From Vicugna vicugna (Eukaryota): a DNA stretch of 64,000 nucleotides. The position numbers were made by a program, and so were the translations under genes. The notes beneath the pieces were generated by a model that was given only the letters and a program-made list of their open reading frames with translations, was not told where the DNA came from and made no database searches. The DNA lies in the NCBI GenBank assembly GCA_013265495.1, contig MU058844.1, positions 12,608,184 to 12,672,183 of the forward strand, given 5' to 3'. This document shows, piece by piece, positions 1 through 12,472 of this stretch (positions are counted from its first letter, which is position 1; each line of letters begins with the position of its first letter).

Positions 1-384
1 TGTGATTCCAGGGGTAATATGAATGATAATAATACTATGAATGTGGGGTGAAAATACGTGCCGTGGCAGGTTTTCATAAAGCACAGCATGATTGTTTAGT
101 GGAGACGTTAGCACAATGGATTCTGATGAGTTTAGACTCAGAGGGCCACATATTTAAGTCTGGGGCCTAGTCTGTCTTTTTGTAACTACAGTGAGCCCAT
201 TAACAGGTTAAAATAGTAACTGGCCCACCCCTGAGATTTCTTTCTTCTTTCTTCTTTCCCCTGCACTGGCCCGGAGGCCTCCAGCCTAGGGACGGGATAC
301 CAGCGTTCCGACGTGCCTGCCTGTGGACTTACAATGATTCTTTGGAAAATTCTGCCTAATTCCTTTTTTCCTCTTTCCCACAAG

Positions 385-514
385 TGTTCAACCTCACAGG
401 CCCACAACAAATCCAAACACTTCTAAATTTGCTCAGAAATATGGAGGGGCTGAGAAGTGTTCCAGATGTGGGGATTCCGTATACGCCGCTGAGAAGATTA
501 TTGGAGCTGGAAAG
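385..514 (+). CDS. CSRP2: CSRP2 exon 4 (linker and start of LIM2)
   Basis: Polypyrimidine-caag acceptor and AAG|gtgagt donor; translates (S)[43 protein letters not shown], matching cysteine and glycine-rich protein 2; 130 nt. Confidence 0.97.
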
Positions 515-774
515 GTGAGTGCCGGCCTGAAGTAGTGACAGTGAATGACTTCACTCTCCACTCCCTTTCTCCCCCGACCCCTGCGCAGTCCACTCGGGGG
601 CTCTGTCTTACAAACTTTTTCTTAATCCAATTTCCATCTGAATCATTCATTTTGTTTCCTATCTTCGTTTAAAAGGAACTTGTTTTCAGAGGTGGGGTTG
701 CTTCCTGAAGGTTGTTCACTAAAAAGGCCAGGCTGTTTAACAGATCCGGACTCTGCAGGTTTTTCACTGTAGGA

Positions 775-828
775 GGGAGGGGGGGGGGGGAAGGGGGGGG
801 CGGGGGGCTCAGTGGGAGAGAGAGGGGG
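775..828 (+). repeat. G-rich low-complexity tract in CSRP2 intron 4
   Basis: G3, G12, G8, G6, G3 and G5 runs with short spacers. Confidence 0.9.
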
Positions 829-1205
829 CAGTGAACTAGTCAGGACACCTGGTTTGGAAAAGTCGCTTCACCACTTCACCTCTTGGAGCTGCAGGGTTCT
901 CGGCCATAAAGGAGGCAGTCTGTAGAGGAGCACGCTGGGCTTGCGGCGAGGTGTGCAACAGCAGCTAGGGAAGTGGCCCATCCGTGGTGCAGCTCCCAGT
1001 CCACATCCTCTGGAATGAAGTCTGAACTCAGCCCTTTGCAGGCAGCCAAGAATGTCGACACTGGAGGGGCCAGTTCAGTCTTCCGGTGGGGATGCTCTGC
1101 AGCAGTCAGGAGCTTGGGGGTCGATCTTCCTGAGCCACCTGCCACCACATCTAACCTGTCCTGCAGGAACACGGCCTCTCAGACTTCCTCATTTCTCTCT
1201 TCCAG

Positions 1206-1299
1206 CCCTGGCACAAAAACTGTTTCCGATGTGCCAAGTGTGGGAAGAGTCTTGAGTCAACCACTCTGACTGAGAAAGAAGGTGAAATCTATTGTAAAG
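1206..1299 (+). CDS. CSRP2: CSRP2 exon 5 (LIM2 domain)
   Basis: ttccag| acceptor, G|gtaaaa donor; [31 protein letters not shown](G); in frame with exon 4. Confidence 0.97.
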
Positions 1300-1865
1300 G
1301 TAAAATTAATTTCAGTTATTGCTACCCAGATAAATATCCTGCATTGGCTACTAAAGAAGGAAATGTCACCAGCATAAAGCAAAAACAAAACCAAAAGTAC
1401 TCTGAAAATGAGGGAAAAGTAGGATAGTGCCACTGGGTATTTGAAAATACAAGATCTAGAGATGCTCACAAGATGAGAGGAAACCACAGAACATTTGTGA
1501 TGATAGTGAGTTAAGTTCCTGGTCCTGTAAAACTCCCCTACAAACACAATTTTCAACTTAATGTTTTAAGCAAAGCATGTGAATATACGAAGGTAGTAGA
1601 CAAACATACAACTCGCCTGACCTGATTTGCATACTTATAACCCAGTCAGGACCACGAACTGACTACTGTGGAACCAGAATGCCCGGACTTGCCTCTGCAG
1701 CTTTAAGACAGTTACTACCTGGCACATTTCACATTTTGAATAAGTTGAACTCTTTTTGGCATAGCCAGAGGTAGTTTTAATTTGTAGGGGTTTGTTGTTG
1801 GCCTTAAGCAGTGCTGCTGGCAAAGCTTAATGGACTTGTACCAATTCTTCCCTTTTCTTCTGTAG

Positions 1866-1942
1866 GATGCTATGCGAAGAACTTTGGGCCCAAGGGATTT
1901 GGCTATGGCCAAGGAGCAGGAGCCCTTGTCCATGCTCAGTAG
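1866..1942 (+). CDS. CSRP2: CSRP2 exon 6, last coding exon
   Basis: ctgtag| acceptor; (G)[24 protein letters not shown], stop TAG at 1940-1942. Confidence 0.97.
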
Positions 1943-2152
1943 AGGTGCAAACCCAGAATGGAGATCACACACTGAGAATCTCTGCAAAATCCAGGCACAG
2001 ATTATCTAACACTAAACTACTGTGAAATTCTACCAGTACTTAAGTACTGTATGTTGCCCTGTACTTGGATAGGCCGGCGGACTAGGAAGAGAGCACTGTG
2101 GCCTTTTGCTTTTATTCATCAGCATGTCAAAAACCATGTCTTTTACATTTTA

Positions 2153-2158
2153 AATAAA
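2153..2158 (+). terminator. CSRP2: CSRP2 polyadenylation signal AATAAA
   Basis: AATAAA ~210 nt after the stop, followed by a GU/U-rich tract (gggtgttcagtgtctcttt). Confidence 0.85.
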
Positions 2159-2467
2159 ACTTCAGCTTGATCTGGGTGTTCAGTGTCTCTTTCAGTTAAC
2201 CTTTCGGAGGAGCTGTTGTGATCTTGGTTAGTGGAAAATCCTTTGGGTCCCCACCTGCATTTTTATTGGTTAAAGAGAGTCCACCTCATTACGCAGCTGA
2301 CTCACTAGGTTAATGTTTACATTATGGCAAGTTGGCCTCCCCAGTGAGGGTTGCTAGGCAACGGTACGGCCATCCCAGCTCTTCACAGCTGGCATTCAGC
2401 TGCACAGAATTCCTGCCTGCCTGCCCGATTCAATTCGAGCCTGGTGGTTTACTCATCTCTTGTCGGG

Positions 2468-2620
2468 AGCAGTCTCCTAAAGCATGGCCCCAGGTCCACC
2501 CGCACTATAGTCACCTGGGTGTTAAAAAGGCAGATCTTGAGGCCCCACTTCAGCCCTACAAAGCAGAATCTCTAGGGGTGGGGGCCACAGAATTCCTTCT
2601 AACAAGCTCCTCAGAAAGGC
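2468..2620. mobile_element. Degenerate MER5-like hAT-Charlie MITE
   Basis: Resembles MER5 motifs (gttaaaaaggcagatctt, cagaatctctaggggtggggcc, taacaagctcc); boundaries approximate. Confidence 0.55.
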
Positions 2621-3336
2621 ACACTGACCTGGGAGTGCGCACACGGTTAAACAAAACACTTAAAAATTCTATTGATTTATCTGTACCCAAAGATCATGGC
2701 AGTTACCTACAGACGGCTATAGAATCTGAGGCTTAGCGTGACTTTAACTTTTTACACCCCCCACTCTCATCTGATGGTTACTTACCAATCCTCGAAACGG
2801 GTGATTTTTCTCACAGATTTCAATTCTGCAGAATTAGCGCTGAATGTTGTGTTGTCCTGGCACATTCAGCTGGCTCAGGTAGAAAAGGAATATTAGACCA
2901 TGTAAGGAATATTTTCATTATTTCTCCAGGAACTTTTAGTTCATTACCAAAGATTCAGTCCAACCATTTACTTTTCAGGGTAAGTGTGAAATGGGTCTGT
3001 AACGTGTTTGTAAAATTGAATCAGCCAAGTCTTTGCACACATCTTAATCTTCTAAAGCCTATTTTAACATAGTTTTACTTATTTTGAAAAGCTAAAGGGG
3101 GTGTGTTATGTATGATATATATTTATATATATAAAAGCAGAAACTTAGTGGGAAAAAGTTGATTGAGGGTATACTAGGGGAAAGAATTCATAGCCTTGAG
3201 CACGTCACATGTTTCAGAAGGCACAGTACACCATGGGAGAAGGAAGGGCCTTTCTGCTAAGCGTGCTGCGGAATTTAATTGACAAAGGGACTAGGCTGAA
3301 CTTAAGAAGAATTATGGAGTAAATTCTGATTCATTC

Positions 3337-3830
3337 TGTGGTAGTTTTAAACATGCACATAAATCCTTTTGATATTCCCATCAAAAGATGGAGTCTAATT
3401 CCCCTCCGTTTGAATAAAGGTCAATCTTAGCGATTCATTTTTAACTAACAGAGTGTGATGGACCAGGCTAGATTAGAAAAGACTACAGCTTTTGCCTGCC
3501 TCTTTCTCTCAGGATGCTTACTCTTGGAACTCAGCCTTGGTGTTTTGAGGAAGCCCAGACGACATGGGGAAGCCACATGTAGGTATTGCAGCCGTAACCT
3601 CATCTAAGATCTACCTCATCAGCCAGTATCAACCAACAGACGTGTGAATGAGTGAGCATTCAGACTGTTCCAGTCCCCAGTTTTTGAACCATCCCAGCTG
3701 ACGCCAAGTGGAGTGGAGTGAGCAATTCCTGTTGAGTCCTGATTAAATTGCAGATCTGTGAACAAAAATACCATTTTAATCCACTAAATTTTTTGGTGGT
3801 TTGTAAAGGCAGCTGTGGACAACCAGAATG
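3337..3830 (+). mobile_element. MaLR solo LTR (MLT1E/F-like)
   Basis: Starts tgtggtag; has gatggagtctaattcccctcc, gaggaagcccag, taaattgcagatctgtgaacaaaa and a typical MLT1 3' end. Confidence 0.7.
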
Positions 3831-4518
3831 TTATATAATCCGTTCCCACACAGCCACCACTTCCCATACCTACCACGTTTCCCAAATTGTATTGGAGATG
3901 CCACCAGGTATCTGAGAGAAAAATGCTTTACGTGAGTTGTTACCTGATAATTAGAAATTTCTGCCTGATAAGGTTTAGGCCCCCACTCAAAATTAAAATT
4001 ATTCTTAAATTGGGAGCCATGGCAAAACTGCTGCTCCAAAACTGTAGTAGCTTCTAGTGGTTCTAGGAGTGGGAAATGGAATTTGGCTTCGGGCAGGCTC
4101 TGTTCTGGGAGGAGTCACTTTTATCATTTGTTTTTAAGTCAGTAAGCTAGCTTCAGAGTCCAAATGTGGTATTAAATTTCCTCATGGCAAATATTTTTGT
4201 TTAAGAAGTTCTTTTCGTTTTAAAAATGACCCACTTGGGACATTTTCAGCCCCTTGTGGTGGTCTCGTACATTCAGGGAGGACTGCTGGCAACTCCAGTT
4301 CTAGAAAGTCATGATCAATTAAGTTTAAGGAGCTATCTATCTACATACCTACCTACCTATCTATCTTCCTGTAGATTCACAGTACACACTAGCCTACTGA
4401 GGGCTTTGAGATCTTATGGTTAAGAAGTCTGTTTTAACTTGAAGAAAGCCTTGCACTGAATTTGTTGTCCATGGAACCACTAATATCTCAAGGAACACTG
4501 GGAAATGTTGGCCTAGAC

Positions 4519-4650
4519 CATTGGTTCTCAAACTTTTGGGTCTCAGGACCTCTTTAGATTCTTCAAATACTAAGGACCCCAAAGGGTTTTTTTTTTTTTG
4601 ACAGTTAAATCTATCATTTTCTATATTAGAAGTTAAAATTTAAAAAAAAT
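4519..4650 (+). mobile_element. hAT-Charlie (Charlie2-like) terminal fragment
   Basis: ttggttctcaaacttttgggtctcaggacctcttta...aggaccccaaag. Confidence 0.6.
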
Positions 4651-4669
4651 TAATTCAGACAAATTGTAC

Positions 4670-5590
4670 AGCCAAATTGAAGTAACAGGAACCAGATTCA
4701 TCCTCACTTGAAAAAAACCAAAGACACAAATTACATGAAAAAATCCGGTTTTCAAAACGCTTGACAATAGGCAACAAAAGACAGTTACGGGGAAAACGAC
4801 ACCAGTCTTAGGATTAGCAAGCTTACTCTTTTCAGAGTTTCCAAGCTATAATGCAAGGAGGGAGAATACAGGGGCACACTGCAAGTTGAGAAGACAGAGC
4901 TGAGCGTCCAGAGAAACCACAGCAGCTAGAATTGTAGGGACTGGAGAGAGCTGTACAGAAAAAGAACTTCAGAAATTTGCAGAGCACCACCCAACCCCCA
5001 CCTTGCAAGTCATCAGGTGAGCTGCATTCTGATTGCGTATGCATGTGAGGTAACTACCTAAGATGATGGGGAAAAAACATCTGAAAGATTCAGGACAGTG
5101 TCTGGTGCTCATATGGAGCCAGGAACAGTGCCCATTCTCACCTGTGAGATTGGGAAACGGGATTCATGAAGCTTGGGATGGAATACACAGGTCTTGTCTC
5201 AGTAATGGGGAACAATTAACCCTAAGCTGAACACTGCTCTGGTCCTGCCTTACAGATCTTGCCTAACAGCAAAACCTGCATCCTGAAACAAAGCTCTGGT
5301 ATTTTTATAGTATTTTTATAACAATACAAAAACATCCAGTACTCAATTCATAGTGTCTGGCATTCAATCAAAAATTACCAGGTATGGACAGAAGCAGGAA
5401 GATACGATCCATAATGATGAAGGAAAATTTACCAAAACCAACCCAGACCTAACATACGCATATGAAAATTAGCAAGTTAAGGATATTAAAGCAGATAATT
5501 ATAACTGTACGCTCTATTTTCAAAAAGTTGAGACATAGAAAAAATGGTCCAAAGTCAAACATTATAGGTGAAAACTAGAATGTGGGAGAT
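4670..5590 (+). mobile_element. Old L1 5' region fragment (L1MC/L1ME-like)
   Basis: A-rich + strand with L1 5'-end motifs (gaagtaacaggaaccagatt, tgtctggcattcaatcaaaaattaccagg, gaagcaggaa). Confidence 0.55.
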
Positions 5591-6202
5591 AACCTGTTCA
5601 AACTATTGTTACCAGAGTTCTACACAGCTCTGGAGACATTACTTACCATACAGTAAAATAATTATGAAATGAGTATTAGTCCAACCTGAAAATATTTGTT
5701 TAATACCACTGGGTATTAATTAAACCAATCAATGAAACCACTAACAATCATCTGAACAACAGGAAAGGGTTCCTCTATAATTTTTCCTTTGTAAATCCCC
5801 AAATAAAGCTTTCTTTGTCATGCATAACTTCTCAAGTAACTGAAACCAATGTTTGGTAGGTTTCATTTTCCAATATTTTACTGCAGTCTTCTAGACATAT
5901 TTAGGTTTAAATCTTAAGAGATTCATATAGTCTCTGAGGACCCTAATTAAACCCATGGAATCCAAAATTCTTAAAGAAAAATTTATTCTCTTATTTAAAA
6001 AAATTAATCACACACAGAGACGTGGAGATTTTTTTTTTTAAAGAGTATTACCACCAGCTTCTACTTTTGCCAATTTCTAGTCTTGCCACTTGATTCCTAG
6101 TTGACCCAGATGTAAAAATACAGAATAATTTTTTCATATCATTGGTACCACTACCAGTGTTTCATCAATTTCCTGAAGTGAACTGCGAAAAATAACAAAC
6201 AC

Positions 6203-8919
6203 ACATTTAAGAGTCAATATTTATTCTGATTAATATTTTACAAAATTTTGACAGATTTAATTTATGTAAGGAGAGCTAACTTATTAAACACTTTACAGGT
6301 TTTTCTTTCCACAGAGTAACACAGTAAGTAGCAAAATAACACTTGGCACAGTTATAAATAAAGAAAATACAAAATAAAAATATCCATGATGCTGTTTTAT
6401 GCTTATTAATATTTCAAATAAATTCCTGGAAACAACAAAAACATAAGGAAAAAATTCCAAAGAAGTAATCCATGTTCAGAACTGAGAAATAAGTTTCTAT
6501 TTGCTAAAAGTATCCAATTAAGCTGAAATGAACTATTCCCCAAAGGGTCATCTTCATACACAACTTTTTAAAACTGGTTCCACATACAAGGTAACAAAAT
6601 AATTAGACAGTACGCTGCTGCATAGTTGGCTCCTGACCATCTGACCATTTCTAAGTTATAGATTCACTGGTACTATGAGATGGTTAGTATTAAAGCATTA
6701 ACATTGCTAATATTTTCCATGTACTTATACAGCAAGAGTGGTTTTTTTTTCCTATTTAACTGAAAGACATCTCTTTTGCACTGAAAAGAATATTGTACCC
6801 CAAAGAAAGAACATGGTAACAACACTCTCACCCAAATTCTGAGAAAACAACCACTGTAGTTGACTGTTAATAAAAACGTATTAGATAAAAACTGCAACTG
6901 AGTCTTTATGTGAAGTGGCTCAAAATACAAAAAATTAAAACAAATTCTAGCCTTTTATAAATAACTTTGAATTTAAAAATTATCTAAAATTTCCCCCAAT
7001 TAGTCAAAACTAGCAGAGACATTTGTAAAGTTAACCAATTTTGTACATTCTATGACAAAATGGCACAATGCTATTGCCACCCCACACCCATCTCTTCCCT
7101 TTTCAAAAATAAAGTATGCCAATTTTCTAATATTAAAACACTCACATACACTAAGGATAATCTTTTTGATGTGTGGCTTACGGTCAAAGAAACTACTATA
7201 TAAAAATGGTACTTGGAAATACTGAACATCAACTATATACATTTTCACTGCTCCTCTTACTAAGGCAAGGGGCGGGTGTACCACTAGATTGCTTTAATAC
7301 CTGTAATCTGCATTTTACAGAGAATACTAATTTTACCAAGCATCAGACATGCAGTGAACTTGCAGGGTATAATGCCTATTAACAGCAATATTGAACATCA
7401 CTAGAAGCTCATTAGTTATCTCCCTTTTCTTTTTGGTTGGATAGAATGAAATGAGCAGCTTTAAATACACTAACACATAGAGACACAAAGAGAAAACTAT
7501 TTGATAAATTATTTATATACAGATACACAATCTTTACACTGGTCTAGGATCTGTCATCAGTCTGACCACCCTTTTCCCACCCTCCCCCAGCCCATTCCCT
7601 CTCACAGGTTTCCCACAGGTTGCTCGAACCACAGTTTGCTACAGCAAAGAGGACTAAACCAAATCTCACTCTGTAAACAATATTTATGGAAGCAGTGACT
7701 AATAGTTTACCATGAGAGTATGGAAATGCTGTAACAAAAATTGATCAGTGCATCACGTTTAACAGTAAGAAAATCTTTCTGAAATTGTTTCAGACAGCAT
7801 TAACAAATTTCAAAACATTCAATATTTGGGAAAATTGAAACAGTCTTGGGGATAAAATACTTTCTGATGGATCATTTTTTAAAAACCAGAATATACCGTT
7901 AGCTTTTCTTTTATTCACATGTGCTATATGTACAGAGATCATGCTCCATCTTTAGCTAAATTCCATTATTTTGTCTACAATTTATTTTGCAGTATATCCA
8001 TTCATCTCTATTACTGAGAATTCTGCATTAACTTATTTGTTCTGCCTTTTCTTGAAAGTAGCTCAACTCTTATTAAAACCTGGACTATTTGCTCATCAAA
8101 TTAAATTCTAATTTATGCTTTACTGGATAGTGTTTGCTAGTAGTATACATTCTATGAGGTGTATCATGCACTTAGTAGGGCTTTTAAGTTGAACAAAATA
8201 ACATGACTTACTATAATCATGCAAGTGCTTTATTATCAGACCATAAAACCTTAGAGCAAGGTTACTACAAATTATTTCACTGAACTAGAAATAAATCAGC
8301 ATTGCAACAGCTGATAGCAATAAAATATCGTTAGCACATTTTTTTGGTGAATGTTATTTCCTTGTGCCTTTAAAGACACATTACAGTAGATCCCTAATAA
8401 AACCACATGATTTTCATCACAGTATTTACATGTACATTCTAAAATGTACATAATACTAGTCTGAAGCAATTTAAGACAACTCTCTTGGAATTAAATGCAA
8501 TACTAATAGTAGATCGCATCGTAAAATTTAGCTGTATACCATGTATTTAGTTTTAGCTTGAATCGAACGTTTCTGACCAGTATACCATTACCATGTCTGT
8601 CAACAGAATAAATTCACTCTTTTTTCATGAAAAATGTTATGAGAACAAAACCAAAAAGTTGAGTATGTTGTGAATTCCCACATTAAGAACCATTAAAATT
8701 CTTTTAAAGGTCTTTAATCTTCCCAGAAGTGGCAGTGTGTTCTGTCCATGTTTACTTTTGTTAATAAAAGTGTTGAAAAAAAGACTGTAAAATTCACTGT
8801 TAGCCCTACGTATAGCATGCGATTTGTTCAAAGGATGTGGATTCGAGTGTGAGAGAGACACGGACAGACACAATTTTCAGGCACCGCTCAGCAATATGCT
8901 TCAGAGGATAAAGATGCTG
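6203..8919 (-). other. ZDHHC17: ZDHHC17 3'UTR (~2.7 kb)
   Basis: Repeat-free AU-rich stretch from the stop codon to the AATAAA/GU-rich cleavage region; distal end approximate. Confidence 0.8.
6220..6225 (-). terminator. ZDHHC17: ZDHHC17 distal polyadenylation signal AATAAA
   Basis: tttatt on the + strand; on the - strand it is followed ~15-20 nt later by GU-rich tgtgtgtttgttattttt. Confidence 0.8.
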
Positions 8920-9058
8920 CTACACAAGCTGGTACCCAGATCCTGATATTTGGTCATATTCTATTGTATACTGTCTGGTCCAGTCCACGGTAACAGGACG
9001 AAAGAGGCCACAGCATCGAAATTCAAAGAAGTCTATAATATTCCTTACACATCCATGG
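8920..9058 (-). CDS. ZDHHC17: ZDHHC17 exon 17, last coding exon
   Basis: (N)HGCVRNIIDFFEFRCCGLFRPVTVDWTRQYTIEYDQISGSGYQLV, stop TAG; tttag acceptor. Confidence 0.97.
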
Positions 9059-9789
9059 CTAAACACCCCCCAAAAAAGAGAAAAAGAGAAAGTCCATTAG
9101 TACAACGACTTAATATATGAGTTTAATATAACTTTGGTGTTGAATTTATTTTTTTCTAAACTTAAAAACTCAGGTTGCCAGAAAGTACCTGCTTAGAACT
9201 CTATAAAATACATAGGCACTCATGTTTCTTCACAGCTCTGACAGCACCAATTTTTCTCTTTTGCCAATTTAATGGGCAGCACAATTATATCTTAAAGTTA
9301 TTCAAATTTGCATTTCTTTCATTCCTGTGTCTTATGCAATTTTTGATAAAATCTTTCCTCACTGGTGGCTCCTTGGCAAGGAGACAAACTATTTCCAAAA
9401 TTGAGAAAGTAAAGGACAAAATAATATAAATAGCATGAATATGACACTGTACCCAAGAGTAACAATTTAAGAAAAAGAAATGTCAAAGAAAAGTTCCCAG
9501 AATGTTAGGACTTCAAGAACACCTTCGTAAAAGTGGTCAGTTTTAAATCTTACATAATTATTCTGCTTATGGTAGAATTCTTAAAACTTCCCAACTGATT
9601 CTCATATTTTTGCTTTTATTTAAAAAGGTTTGCATGTTTCCAAGAAGCCGCAACAATTAACAGCACCACAAAAGCCTGAAGGTAGTAGACAAGAAGCTTT
9701 AGTAAAACTCAAAGTTTTAAATATTTCATAAAATTAGGAAACTACCGTTTCTTGGCTTCAGACTGAATGCAAATTAAAAATGTATATAA

Positions 9790-11165
9790 AAGAATAGGAT
9801 AATCTCTTCGATAAATGGTGTTGAGGAAACGGGAGAGTCAAAAGCAAAAGAACTCAACTGGACCACTGTCTTACAACATATACAAAAACTAACTCAAAAT
9901 GGATTAGACCTGAGTGTAAGAACTACAACCAGAAAACACAGGTGTTAATAAGCTCCATGACATCAGTCTTGGTGATGAAATTTTCAAAATCTGACACCAA
10001 AAGCAAAGGCAACAGCAGCAAAAATAAGCAACTGAGACTATGTTATACTAAAAAGCTTCTGCACAGCAAAGGAAACTGTCAACAAAATGAAAAGGCAACC
10101 TACTTGAATGGGAGAAAATATCTGCAAATCATATACCTGATAAGGGGTTAATATCCAAAATATATAAAGAACTCATACAACTCAAATGCAAAGAAGTAAA
10201 GAATCCAATTAAAAAACAGGCAGACAATGAACAGACATTTTTCCAAGGAAGACATACAGAATGCCAACAGACACATGAGAAGATGCTCAACATCACTAAT
10301 GTTTACGGAAATGCAAATCAAAACCACAATGGAATGGCTATCATCAAAAGGACAAGAAATAACAAGTGTTGGCGAGGATGCGGAGAAAAGGTAACTCTCG
10401 TACACTGTTGGTGGGGATGTAAATTAGTGCGGCCACTATGGAAAACAGTATGGCGGTTCCTCAAAAAACTAAACACAGAACTACCGTATGATCCAGCAAT
10501 TCCACTTCTGGGCATTTATCTGAAGGGAACAAAAACACTACAGTATTTGCACCCTCATGTTCATTACAGCGTTAGTTAACAACACGCAAGATATGGAAAC
10601 TACCTAACTGTCCAGTGATAGATGAATATATTTTAAAAATGTGATACACACACATAGGAATAAAGTTCAGTCACTTTAAAGAAGAAGGAAATCTAGCCAT
10701 TTGCAACATGGATGGACCTTGAGGGCATTATAAGTCAACTAAGTCAGACAAAAAAAGACAAACACCATATAAACTCACTTATGTGGAATTTAAACAAACA
10801 AACCCAAGCTCATAGGTACAGGGTAAATCGGTGGAGGTGAGAGGCTGGGGCAGGGGAGGAGGTGAAATGGGTGACGGGGGTCAAAAGGTACAAACTTCCA
10901 GGTCTAAAATAAGTAAGTCTTGGGGACATAATGTACAGCATGGTGACTACAGTTAACCCTGTATTGCTTATTTGAAAATTGCTAAGAGAGTAGATCTTAA
11001 AAATTTCTCATTACAAGAAAAAAATTTTTTCTAGCTATGTATGGTGATGGATGTTACTGGACTTACTGTGGTCATTCTGCAGTGTATACAACTGTTGAAT
11101 CATTATGTTAATACACCTGGAACTAATATAATGTTATACATCAATTATATTTCAATTTAAAGAAA
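9790..11165 (+). mobile_element. 5'-truncated L1 (ORF2 C-terminus and 3'UTR; L1MA9-like)
   Basis: ORF relic [59 protein letters not shown]1 3'UTR and A-rich tail. Confidence 0.92.
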
Positions 11166-11701
11166 AGAAAATGAGACATGTGGAAAATTTTGTGTCATTC
11201 AGAGGGCAAATAAAATAAGCAATCTGAACCAAAAAGTAGCGGCTCCAGAGCCTGAGAAATTTCCTTAAATAATGAATTTCAATCGACTGCATTTTTTAAA
11301 ATCTTAATTCAATTTTCTGGATACATTCATTTTTGAATGAAAATTTATGAATTGATGGGAAGGTTAAAGAACAAATACTAGACGTTGGTAGGTCAATAAA
11401 GTTTGAATTGTACAATTAAGAAAAAAGAGTGTCACAAATGTATACACAGTTAATGTGGTGAATACTAAGTTATGGGGAACCACCCAGTGCTGTGGCTGGC
11501 AGAAACCCTGGCATTCGGTTTGTTTGCTATAAGCTATTTTACACATTGCTAAGTAAAAGAAGTATTCCCTGTTTCATATCTTATTGCCGTACCTAAAGAC
11601 AACACTTCCCTTTGATGTATTCACTAGATATTTGCTGAGTTTGGTTGGTAAGGAACTTTATATGTCAAGAGAAAATACTAAATTCATAAATATGTACATA
11701 C

Positions 11702-11796
11702 TTGAATGGGCTTTCGATAGATGTTGTTGTGACTTTAAAGTGCTTGTATCTTCTGGCATTCATTCTCTCATTTGTAGTAATACCTAAACATGATAT
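11702..11796 (-). CDS. ZDHHC17: ZDHHC17 exon 16 (TTxE motif)
   Basis: ISCLGITTNERMNARRYKHFKVTTTSIESPF(N); ctctcag acceptor, gtatgt donor; 95 nt. Confidence 0.97.
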
Positions 11797-12472
11797 CTGA
11801 GAGGTAAGAGAAAGCAAGCCATTAACTCTGAATATTTAATGTGAAGTAAGTTAATACTCAAGAGGACCACCAGGATAGAGAGAAAATGGTGACGATGATG
11901 ATAATGAAGTCTGCTTCGGTTCTCCATCAGATCATCAAACTAGTTTACACAGTATCATTTGACTCTGTGAAAAGTAGCCAGTTAACAGGGAAAATACTTA
12001 AAAACAGGTTAATTATTGTGCAGGTGGAGAGACATTACGTATATATGACCTCTCCATCATCACCTTTAAAAAAGAACTTTAAAAAAACCTAATTAAAAAA
12101 AAGACTGTTGAATAAATACTGATATTTGTAGGTAATAAACTACTACTATTAAAACAAACACAAAATTAATGCTACCATCAATCTAAAGCTCACACATATA
12201 TCCAATAGATTAATGTAAATCAGGAAAAAATATTTTGCCAAGAGTAATACTAAAAATTCAAAGTTTATAAAATAAGAAGGAGGAGGAGAGATGGAGAGAA
12301 AGAGGGAAGAAGGAAGGAAAAGTAAATTGAAAATTTTAATTCTCAAAAAATTTGAATTATGAAAAGCAGGAGTGATCACACATAAAGAGAAAACACCGTT
12401 ATCTTTTAAGCGAGGAGTGAATTTTGAAGAGTTCTCAGCACACTGAAGAACGAGTGATGCCCCTGCACATAC

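Noticed and set aside
876..1269. Overlapping ~98-aa ORFs on both strands in CSRP2 intron 4/exon 5
   Set aside because: GC-richer intron gives longer chance ORFs; no domain similarity; the true exon uses another frame.
2332..2736. 134-aa ORF downstream of CSRP2
   Set aside because: Non-ATG start, overlaps a MER5-like repeat, no recognisable homology.
11870..11965. Possible cryptic exon in intron 15 (cttttcacag acceptor) or C/D-like boxes (tgatga/ctga)
   Set aside because: Weak donor; C/D-like motifs are adjacent with no terminal stem; unsupported without RNA data.
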